Below, in pieces: positions 33,296 through 41,723 of a stretch of DNA of 64,000 nucleotides. The stretch is from the NCBI GenBank assembly GCA_963716565.1, contig OY970318.1:385934-449933 (forward strand), read 5' to 3'. This DNA comes from an uncultured Candidatus Saccharibacteria bacterium. GTDB taxonomy: Bacteria > Patescibacteriota > Saccharimonadia > Saccharimonadales > CAIOMD01. The position numbers were made by a program, and so were the translations under genes. The notes beneath the pieces were generated by a model. It saw nothing but the letters and a program-made list of their open reading frames with translations, was not told the origin of the DNA and ran no database searches. Each line of letters starts with the position of its first letter. The stretch's first letter is position 1.

Positions 33296-34009
33296 ATGAT
33301 TCCTAACCAAAGCCAGCCTAAACAAACGCTTCCTGCGCCACAATCATTACCTCCGCGCAACAATAGTGCCGAACGTTTTAACCACAAAGAAAGTATAAAA
33401 AACGTGGTTTATACAGTTTTGTTATTTATATTGGCACCATTATTTGCCTTATTTATGATAATGTTTTGTTTTCAAAGTTATGTGGTTGATGGTTCTAGCA
33501 TGGAGCCAACTTTGCAAAACGGTAATCGCGTATTTATATTAAAGCTACCCAAAACTTGGTCTAAAATCAGGGGCAATCAATATATTCCTGCCCGTTATGA
33601 TGTAATTGTCTTTAAAAAACCCACCGACCCGAATGTACAGCTTATAAAAAGAGTGATTGGCCTGCCCGGCGATAAGGTGGTCGTAAAAGACGGCGTTATT
33701 ACAATCTATAATAGCCAATACCCCAACGGTTTTAACCCAGATGCGGATGCCAGCTACGCTACCACCTCTGAAGATGCTGATGGCAATGTTGATTTAACTG
33801 TGGGCGATGGCATGTTGTTTGTCTGCGGCGACAATCGTAACCCTGGCGGTTCATTAGATTCCCGTAATAGCCTAGGCTTAGTACCAGTAGAAAACATTGT
33901 TGGACGTTTATGGGTCCGCTATTACCCATTAAGCGACTTTAGGTACTTCAGCGCCCTAGAATATGCTCAACAATTTTGGCAAATTCTTCCTCTGTCTTAT
34001 AGGTTATAA
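33296..34009 (+). CDS. lepB: Signal peptidase I
   Basis: GSSMEPTL, IKRVIGLPGD, GDNR..SLDSR. Its 3' end overlaps parB by 62 nt. Confidence 0.94.
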   Translation: MIPNQSQPKQTLPAPQSLPPRNNSAERFNHKESIKNVVYTVLLFILAPLFALFMIMFCFQSYVVDGSSMEPTLQNGNRVFILKLPKTWSKIRGNQYIPARYDVIVFKKPTDPNVQLIKRVIGLPGDKVVVKDGVITIYNSQYPNGFNPDADASYATTSEDADGNVDLTVGDGMLFVCGDNRNPGGSLDSRNSLGLVPVENIVGRLWVRYYPLSDFRYFSALEYAQQFWQILPLSYRL

Positions 34010-34823
34010 CCAACTTACCGCTGCCCTTTTTGCTACGCTGTACGTAAACTTTTTGCGCCTTTAGGCGTTTTTGAATCTTGTTGGTGATTGTATCTATAAC
34101 CGTTTCATGCTTATTAGTGGTGCTGACCTGCCCTTTTTTGACTGCCACCACGTATTGTTCAGCCTGCCTAACGGTCCACTTTTTTTCTAGAATATACTGC
34201 AATAGCATTGCCTGCTCTTTAGGGTGATCTTGCAGACTCAACAAGGTCCTGGCGTGGCCTTCGCTAATTTCACCGGCTTGTAGAGATTTTTGTATATTGG
34301 CAGGTAAGTTAAGTAATCTAATATTATTGATGATGGTTGAGTTAGCCTTGCCTATTCGCTTAGCAATATCGTCATATTTTTGATTGAACTCGGTGTGTAA
34401 CTTGTAAAGCGATGCTGCTAGTTCTAACGGAGTTAAATCTTCTCTTTGAACGTTCTCTAAAAGTGCCAGCTCTAGCTGTTCGTGATCGGTTACGCTTCTA
34501 ACAATTGCCGGGATTTCTTTTAAGCCAGCTATTCGAGCCGCTCGCCATCTTCTTTCGCCAGCAATAATTGAATATAGATTATTTTCTATTTGACGCACCA
34601 CTATGGGTTGCAAAATGCCATATTCCACGATCGACTGAGCCAATCCCCTTAGGGCTTCTTCGTCAAAACCCTGTCTAGGTTGATCATCTTTGGGCTTAAC
34701 CACGTCTAATGCTAACCTGTGGACCTTTTCGTGTACCCCTGTGGTTACTTCTGTAATATCCATTTCTACTGGGATTAATACATCAAAACCCCTACCTAGG
34801 CCTTTATTTTTACTTGTTGACAC
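33948..34823 (-). CDS. parB: Chromosome partition protein ParB/Spo0J
   Basis: KGLGRGF, GILQPIVV, AGERRWRAA, ENVQRED, GHAR. Confidence 0.96.
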   Translation of the reverse strand: MSTSKNKGLGRGFDVLIPVEMDITEVTTGVHEKVHRLALDVVKPKDDQPRQGFDEEALRGLAQSIVEYGILQPIVVRQIENNLYSIIAGERRWRAARIAGLKEIPAIVRSVTDHEQLELALLENVQREDLTPLELAASLYKLHTEFNQKYDDIAKRIGKANSTIINNIRLLNLPANIQKSLQAGEISEGHARTLLSLQDHPKEQAMLLQYILEKKWTVRQAEQYVVAVKKGQVSTTNKHETVIDTITNKIQKRLKAQKVYVQRSKKGSGKLVITYKTEEEFAKIVEHILGR

Positions 34824-35574
34824 GATTAATTACCTCCTTGGCTAGATTTTTATAGGCCCTAGCCCCTTTAGACCATTTATCATATTCAGCTATCGGCAAA
34901 CCATAACTTGGCGCTTCGGCTAAACGTACATTACGCGGTATAACAGTTTCGAACACTAAATCTCCAAAAGCCTTTAGCATTTCATCATATACCTGTTTGC
35001 TAAGGGTCGTTCTGGAATCAATCATAGTCATGACTATACCCAGCATCTGCAAGGTGGGATTTGCTCCCTGTTGAATCCTTTGAACAACCTGCAAAAGTTG
35101 GCTTAAGCCTTCCATGGCATAATACTCTGCTTGTACTGGAATAATCACGTCTGTTGCAGCAATTAAAGCATTCACTGTTAATAAGCCCAGCGAAGGCGGG
35201 CAATCTATAAGTATGATGTCGTAGGGCTGTTCGTGCCGAATTAAGAAGTTTTTTAACACCTTATCTCTGTCTGGCATGCCGGCCATGCGAACTTCGGCGC
35301 CAGACAGATCAGCGCTAGATGGCAATAGCCACAAGTTTTTAACAGTAGTATTTAAGATAATGTCGTTCTGGCTTAAGTTTTCTAACAAGCCCTGGTAGAT
35401 AGTATGCTTTAGTTGCATCTTGTCTACCCCTAGGCCGCTAGTGGCATTAGCTTGGCTGTCTAAATCAATAACTAGAATCTTTAACCCTGCCTTAGCCAAA
35501 TAAGTAGCCAAGTTTATTACGGTCGTAGTTTTGCCTACCCCGCCTTTTTGGTTTAAAACGCTAATTACCCTCAT
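34810..35574 (-). CDS. parA: Chromosome partition ATPase ParA/Soj
   Basis: NQKGGVGKTT, DLDSQANAT, DCPPSLG, EAPSYG. Confidence 0.96.
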   Translation of the reverse strand: MRVISVLNQKGGVGKTTTVINLATYLAKAGLKILVIDLDSQANATSGLGVDKMQLKHTIYQGLLENLSQNDIILNTTVKNLWLLPSSADLSGAEVRMAGMPDRDKVLKNFLIRHEQPYDIILIDCPPSLGLLTVNALIAATDVIIPVQAEYYAMEGLSQLLQVVQRIQQGANPTLQMLGIVMTMIDSRTTLSKQVYDEMLKAFGDLVFETVIPRNVRLAEAPSYGLPIAEYDKWSKGARAYKNLAKEVINRVNK

Positions 35575-35771
35575 GTCTTTAAATACATTACCACCTAAAG
35601 TGGTAAAGGTAAACTCTTCTGTCAACTAGCCGTATAATCCTAGCTTTTATTTACTATGTAATCTATTGCGATGGGTCTACTTTTATCTTATCTAAAGAGA
35701 TCAGCTAATTGCCTAGCGTTCATAACATCCTCGGTAACCGACTATTTTACGACACTGCGTATACCTATCTT

Positions 35772-38700
35772 CTACTGAAGAGTTATCAAGATCCAAACAA
35801 GATTGTTGGCGTCTTTAGTACTAGTAGCTTTACCTAGTAAGGAGCCAGCACTTGGAGTAACTGAAACTGTGGCTATGCCTTCTTGATTACCGGCTATTAT
35901 CATGTCGCCACCAGCAACGGTTGTAAATCTATCTACCTGCACTTGCACATTACCACCTATGGCTACCCCTACTTCGTCACCCTCTGCAAAAGCCTCTTCT
36001 ACAATTACGCCTATAACCTTGGTATCACCTTCCGCCTCGGTGGTAGTTATATAGCCGTCTCTGGTATTGTCTATTACTACCACGCTACCGGCGGCAATTG
36101 GTTTGCTGGCATAGAACTTCTTAGTAATGGCCTGTCTGGTATTCACCTTGGCAGCTAATTGCAGGTCGCTACTAACACTCAAGTTAGCCACCTGAACATT
36201 ACCCGTTACGGTTAGGTTACCGGTGATAGTAGTTAGATTAAGATCAGAGTTGTATTGTAGATTGCTGCTTAGAGTAGCCACTCTGCTACTTAGTTCTTCT
36301 ATGGTTTGTTGTTGTTGTTGAATAGCGGTAGCTAAGTATGGGGTTAGACCAGCGTAAGAGATAGACTTAATGCCCTGGGCGTCGGTATAGACTAAGTCTG
36401 GGAAGAGTTGTTCGTACTCTTGAGCGATGAAGCCAACGTGTAAGGTGTCAGTCTCGGCATCGGCTAGCATGTGGTAAGACACTGTTCTAAGGCCTAGTAT
36501 CTGATTTAGGGCATCACCATAGGTTGTGATGTCTTTCTTGAGTCTTTCGTCGGAAGTACAGGTTATACCGCCAGCCGTATTGGGGGTAACCGTACAGGTG
36601 CCACCAGCGTTTTCAAAGCGGGCTACGGCAGTGCCATCGGCTACTGAAGCACTGCCAACATGTAACAGATAGCCTGGGGAGGTGTTGGAGATACCAACGT
36701 TGCCAGCCATAATAGCCATTTTGCCTTGGTCTAAGTTCAGTATCTGCCCAGTTTGGAAGCTAAAACTGCTAATATTATTCTCTTGAACTGCTAGAATATT
36801 TTGACGGATACCAAAGTCGTAAATACGCAGAACGTCCAAAGCCCCGCTATAAATACCGCCATAAACATACATATTATTGTTGTAGACTACGGCAGCATGG
36901 TAATACCTGGTATAGCTACCATCAGTAACACCGGACGACCAAGTATTAGCAGCAAAGTTATAAATCCGCACCGTACCAAAGACTCCGCTGCTATAACCGC
37001 CAAAGACATACATATTATTGTTGTAGACTGCAGCAGAGTGAGCATATCTGCCATAAGTACCGTCTGACGCTCCGGCCGACCAGGCATCAGTTGTAAAGTT
37101 ATAAATACGCAAACTACCATCGTAATTGCCGTCATAAACGTACATTTTATCACCGTAAACCACTGCGGCGTGTCTGTATCTGGTTATCCCTGTATCGGCA
37201 GTCCCGGCCGACCAGCTGCCTGTAGCGAAATCATAGATTCGCATAGTGTCTAGAGCGCTACCGTCAAAACCGCCAAAAACATACATTTTATTGTTGTAGA
37301 CTACGGCAGAATGTTGCAGCCTACCATTACCAGTGTCGGCAGTCCCGGCCGACCAGCTGCCTGTAGCAAAATCATAGATTCGCATAGTGTCTAGGGCGAT
37401 ACTGCCATTACCACCACCATAAACATACATTTTATTGTTGTAGACTACGGCAGAATGGTAGCCCCTGATATTACCTGTATCGGCAGTCCCGGCCGACCAG
37501 CTGCCTGTAGCGAAATCATAAACTCGCAAAGTATCTAAATAGCTGCCACCATTAATTCCACCAAAAACATACATTTTATTGTTGTAGACTACGGCAGAGT
37601 GAGCATATCTGGCATAACTGGTATCTGAGGTACCGGAAGACCAAGTGGCAGTTACGTCATATGTAACATTTTTATTAACTACAAGGGGGTTATTAGTGGA
37701 TGTGGAGTTCAAGCTAGCGCCGGCATCAGCGTTAAGTTTGGCGGCAGTATGTATAGCATTACCTGCCACATCTAAAGCATAGCCTGGCATAGCCGTACCA
37801 ATCCCCACATTCCCGCTACTGTCAATTACCAATCTGTCACCGGTACCTAATCCGGTTGTAGAGATCTTAAATTTATCACTATCACTATCGTCTATTCCCA
37901 TAGTGAATAGATTAGTGCCATCGGTTAGCTCAAAGCCAATCTGGGAGTCGTAATCACCAGCATTGGTATTAGACACTGTTAGTTGGGTTAGAGCTGTGCC
38001 AGTGTTCATTACTTCTAGCTTTTGGTCAGGCGAAGTGTCGCCGATGCCAACGTTACCACCATCGGCCACTCTAAGTACACTTGCCGCGTCGTGCTGAACA
38101 TCAAAATACCCAGTACCGCTAACGTTATAAACCATATTGTAATTACCTTGGGTAATGGTCGTGTTTTCAGAAAGTGTTCCGCCCAATTTTACGTTTGGCG
38201 CAGTTGCCGTTAAGCCGTTGGAAGCTGTTACATCTGGGTTGATGCTCGCCCAGATGGAGCCATCCCAGTACATAAGTTTCTTGGTGTCCTTTTGAACCCT
38301 TACATCGCCTATAGCATTGGAAGAAGTTCCCGTAAAGTAACAGTCCGTGGGTATACCGTAACCACCGGCATTAGACCACGACAATCCATCAGTGCCATAC
38401 TTTGCGTTGCCTCCAGAACTTGATGCTCTTTCCAAAAAGATTCTATCACCACTTATATATGCCGTGACTAACCAATATGTAGTACTTTGGGTGAGATTAG
38501 CATTCGAAAAGCTATAATAATAAGCATCGCCCGCATTTGGACCAGGAGTTACAGTACTATCGCTAGTTGCCACGAGCGTACCAGGTACACCTCCATTGTT
38601 TGTATATATATAACCCCTTAAAGTTGTAGACGAGGCGTTAGTATTTGACCTACTTTGCCAAAACTGATAAATGCCCATACCATTACCAGTAATGTCCTCC

Positions 38701-41699
38701 GCATGCCAATCAGTAGACGCTGAATAATTGGCATAAAACTGGCTACTCCAGACTCCGCCAACTGAAGCGTACAGACCCAGTACCCCTGGCAGCGCAGCGG
38801 CATTGGCTACAGCAGACTTCCATTGCACGTCCCCAAAGCCACAATTTATGCTGCCCTGTAAACAAACTGTGCCGGTTTCACTGGGCAAAGTAACCGTATA
38901 ATTACTGGCTGAGGTGTTAGCCGTAGCAATAGTAGTAACGCCAGTAGATGTACCTTTCATAGCTAGCATGGAGTTGTCGAAGGTCTTTAGAGCCGTAACG
39001 CTTTGGGCAGTACCTAGTAGCATGTCCCCTACACTCCAGCTGCGGTTAGCACTCAAGTCATAGCTGGTACCGTTAATACTGAGGGTTCGGGAAGTGGGAA
39101 CACCACCTAGGCCACCTAAAGTGACATCTGGGTTAAGAATATCCCAGCTACTATTATTAAAGTACATTATCTTTTTGGTGTCTTGCTGAATGCGAGTGTC
39201 ACCAAGATAAGAGTTAATAACAGCCGATGTGTTCTTATACTGCGGGTTGCGCCAGTAGAACAAACTAAAGCTTGGCGTGCCTTCTGGGTCATAATCGGTA
39301 TCTATGTAAACGGAATCAGCCCCTCCACCATAAGATTGAGCAGTTTCTGCAGAATTGCCATTTCTGTACCATACAAAATAGTACAACACTCCGTTTGTTA
39401 AGTTTAGGTTATCAAATTGCGCATAATACGTAGCGTCAGCAGTTATATTAACTGTGACATAACTGACACCGGCAAGTCTTGTAGTAGGCGCCCCTGCACT
39501 ACTTTGAAATACATAAACTTTAAAGCTGTCGTTATTCCTAGCCCTAATATAACTTCTGTACGTACCCAGTCCCTGACCCGTTATAGGGTAAGCATTTGCA
39601 CTAGCTACGCCCCATGCATCAACAGCTTCGCCCCAAGCTTTTGAATTAATTATATTTTCTGTATTGGTTGGCAACGCCGCCGCATTAGCTACAGCCGCCT
39701 TCCATTGCACGTCCCCAAAACCACAATTTATGCTGCCCTGCAGACAAACCGTACCAGCTTCACTAGGCAGAGTAATCGTGTAGTTGCTAGCTGATGTATT
39801 GGCGGTAGCAATAGTAGTAACGCCAGTGGAAGTACCTTTCATGGCTAACATGGAGCTGTCGAAGGTCTTTAGAGCCGTAACGCTTTGGGCAGTACCCAGT
39901 AGCATGTCCCCTACGCTCCAGCTGCGGTTAGCACTCAAGTCATAACTGGTACCGTTGATGCTGAGGGTTCGGGAGGTGGGAACACTACTGTCACCAGGGC
40001 AGGTTCCCCAACTAGGCGCGGCTCCAGTAGTGCCAATTAGACATTGGCCAGTCGCACCAGCGGCTGTAGCTTGGATAGCGCTAGTAGTGTTACCGTACAG
40101 AACGCCGTATTGAGCGAAGGTAGCGGCACCAGTACCACCGTTAACTACGTCTACGGTAGCTACGGTACCAATTACTCCAGCCGCCGTGTTAGTGACTATG
40201 CCAGCAGTAGATAGGTTGTTAACCGTTAGGCTACTAGCCGTTAGGCCACCATTGAAGGCGGAAGCTGTAGAAGTATTAGCCCCTCTACCAGTAACGTCAG
40301 CTAGGTCGTCGGCTTCGGCAGTCAGGTAGCTGCCAGCTGGTTGTTTGTTATTGAAGATATTCCAATCGGTGTCGCTTAAAGCACCAGTGGTAGCAGCCGA
40401 AGCTAGAGCTAAGCTGAGTTGTTGGGTGCTTAAGCCCAGTCCGTTAGCGGTACCTAGGGTGACGGCACTATGTAAGTCGCTAGTTAAAGCTACTACGCCA
40501 GTAGCGGCTGGTAGGGTTAGAGTGTAGTTGTTAGCTGAGGTGTTAGCCGTAGCAATAGTAGTAACGCCAGTGGAAGTACCTTTCATGGCTAACATAGAGT
40601 TGTCGAAGGTCTTGAGAGCGGTAACGCTTTGGGCAGTACCAAGTAGCATATCCCCTACACTCCAGCTGCGGTTAGCACTCAAGTCATAGCTGGTACCGTT
40701 AATACTGAGGGTTCGGGAAGTGGGAACACCACCTAGGCCACCAAGTGAAAGGGCTGACCAACTAGGAATGTTAGTGTTAATACCATCGCCTATGGAAGTT
40801 AGAACGTAAGTATCGGTGGTAGTGTTGCCGCCTAATCTAGTTGGTGTGCCAGCTAGGCCGCCGTAGATGAGGTCGCCCAGGGTGGACATAGGGTTGGTCA
40901 TGCCGCCACCGCCAGCCAAAGCAAAGTCGCTAGCTTCATGGCCGTCTAGCAAATCAGCATTAAGATTAGTGACTTTGTAGTTAGAATCTACCCCGAATGG
41001 AGCTGATGAACCAGTGGCACCACCATTGAAAGCCGGGATGCCAGTGACGACTTCGTTCTGGTTGAGGTTGAAGTAGTTAGCCTTGGCTGTTGACCAACTG
41101 GGATCGGTTTCGTTAGTTAGAAAGCCCGATACATTGACGGTTGGGATATTGATGTCTGGGATATTGATGACGTCACCACTGTTGCCGGCTGTAACGATCA
41201 TCTGGTATTCATCGCCATCGTAGAAGTACAGCTGGTTGGTTTGGTTGTCGACGTAGATTTGGCCAATGACAGGGTTAGCTGGAGCTTCACTGGGAGTGAC
41301 TACTACTGAGCCGTTAACTCGAAGATTACCATTGATGTCTAGTTGGCTGATTTGGCCTAGGGCGGTGGCGAGGTCGGTATTTAATCTACTCAATGATAGC
41401 GATGCTAAAGTATAGGCTTCATCATTGTTGGTATTCTGAGGCTCATAACTATTATCCATTCGATTAATAGTTATAGCTAGAAGAATAATTAACAGGCCGC
41501 CTAGCAAACTAGAAACGACAACAAAGAATCCAGGTTTACGAATTTTGGGGCGATAACCAAAAAAGGACTTTAGTGGAGTGGGCGTTGCCGGCGTAAGAAC
41601 TGAGCTGTTTTCTAGCACACTGGGCTGGGGCACAACAATGCCGTCTGACATGGGACTGATGGTTGGTGGAGTTGGGGCTGGTAGGGTGTCTGGGTTCAT
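35772..41699 (-). CDS. Giant membrane-anchored fibre/adhesin A (1975 aa): two inserted beta-sandwich domains, 6-blade Kelch propeller, S74 chaperone, unique C-terminal domain
   Basis: TM at ~aa57-78, G/T/S/A-rich fibre modules, 6x RxxHSAVVYNNKMYVFGG, CTSDERLKKDI..VGFIAQE..YAGLTPYLATAIQQQQ. Confidence 0.85.
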   Translation of the reverse strand: MNPDTLPAPTPPTISPMSDGIVVPQPSVLENSSVLTPATPTPLKSFFGYRPKIRKPGFFVVVSSLLGGLLIILLAITINRMDNSYEPQNTNNDEAYTLASLSLSRLNTDLATALGQISQLDINGNLRVNGSVVVTPSEAPANPVIGQIYVDNQTNQLYFYDGDEYQMIVTAGNSGDVINIPDINIPTVNVSGFLTNETDPSWSTAKANYFNLNQNEVVTGIPAFNGGATGSSAPFGVDSNYKVTNLNADLLDGHEASDFALAGGGGMTNPMSTLGDLIYGGLAGTPTRLGGNTTTDTYVLTSIGDGINTNIPSWSALSLGGLGGVPTSRTLSINGTSYDLSANRSWSVGDMLLGTAQSVTALKTFDNSMLAMKGTSTGVTTIATANTSANNYTLTLPAATGVVALTSDLHSAVTLGTANGLGLSTQQLSLALASAATTGALSDTDWNIFNNKQPAGSYLTAEADDLADVTGRGANTSTASAFNGGLTASSLTVNNLSTAGIVTNTAAGVIGTVATVDVVNGGTGAATFAQYGVLYGNTTSAIQATAAGATGQCLIGTTGAAPSWGTCPGDSSVPTSRTLSINGTSYDLSANRSWSVGDMLLGTAQSVTALKTFDSSMLAMKGTSTGVTTIATANTSASNYTITLPSEAGTVCLQGSINCGFGDVQWKAAVANAAALPTNTENIINSKAWGEAVDAWGVASANAYPITGQGLGTYRSYIRARNNDSFKVYVFQSSAGAPTTRLAGVSYVTVNITADATYYAQFDNLNLTNGVLYYFVWYRNGNSAETAQSYGGGADSVYIDTDYDPEGTPSFSLFYWRNPQYKNTSAVINSYLGDTRIQQDTKKIMYFNNSSWDILNPDVTLGGLGGVPTSRTLSINGTSYDLSANRSWSVGDMLLGTAQSVTALKTFDNSMLAMKGTSTGVTTIATANTSASNYTVTLPSETGTVCLQGSINCGFGDVQWKSAVANAAALPGVLGLYASVGGVWSSQFYANYSASTDWHAEDITGNGMGIYQFWQSRSNTNASSTTLRGYIYTNNGGVPGTLVATSDSTVTPGPNAGDAYYYSFSNANLTQSTTYWLVTAYISGDRIFLERASSSGGNAKYGTDGLSWSNAGGYGIPTDCYFTGTSSNAIGDVRVQKDTKKLMYWDGSIWASINPDVTASNGLTATAPNVKLGGTLSENTTITQGNYNMVYNVSGTGYFDVQHDAASVLRVADGGNVGIGDTSPDQKLEVMNTGTALTQLTVSNTNAGDYDSQIGFELTDGTNLFTMGIDDSDSDKFKISTTGLGTGDRLVIDSSGNVGIGTAMPGYALDVAGNAIHTAAKLNADAGASLNSTSTNNPLVVNKNVTYDVTATWSSGTSDTSYARYAHSAVVYNNKMYVFGGINGGSYLDTLRVYDFATGSWSAGTADTGNIRGYHSAVVYNNKMYVYGGGNGSIALDTMRIYDFATGSWSAGTADTGNGRLQHSAVVYNNKMYVFGGFDGSALDTMRIYDFATGSWSAGTADTGITRYRHAAVVYGDKMYVYDGNYDGSLRIYNFTTDAWSAGASDGTYGRYAHSAAVYNNNMYVFGGYSSGVFGTVRIYNFAANTWSSGVTDGSYTRYYHAAVVYNNNMYVYGGIYSGALDVLRIYDFGIRQNILAVQENNISSFSFQTGQILNLDQGKMAIMAGNVGISNTSPGYLLHVGSASVADGTAVARFENAGGTCTVTPNTAGGITCTSDERLKKDITTYGDALNQILGLRTVSYHMLADAETDTLHVGFIAQEYEQLFPDLVYTDAQGIKSISYAGLTPYLATAIQQQQQTIEELSSRVATLSSNLQYNSDLNLTTITGNLTVTGNVQVANLSVSSDLQLAAKVNTRQAITKKFYASKPIAAGSVVVIDNTRDGYITTTEAEGDTKVIGVIVEEAFAEGDEVGVAIGGNVQVQVDRFTTVAGGDMIIAGNQEGIATVSVTPSAGSLLGKATSTKDANNLVWILITLQ
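36172..36695 (-). repeat. S74 chaperone block shared by genes A and D (copy ~55869-56391)
   Basis: About 520 bp that read near-identical by eye. Confidence 0.9.
40010..40730 (-). repeat. ~720-bp core module shared near-identically by all four giant genes (also ~46315-47035, ~53296-54016, ~60240-60965)
   Basis: Encodes VPTSRTLSING...GAAPSWG. The same antisense ORF (MLLKIFQSV...) recurs four times in the ORF track. Confidence 0.92.
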
Positions 41700-41723
41700 A
41701 TTTTTATTGTTTTATGTTTTACA

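Noticed and set aside
36805-37655. Diversity-generating retroelement target
   Set aside because: Many variable codons are NNY, but neighbouring AAC/AAT codons are mostly invariant, and no reverse transcriptase or non-coding template repeat is in the window. A distant DGR cannot be excluded.
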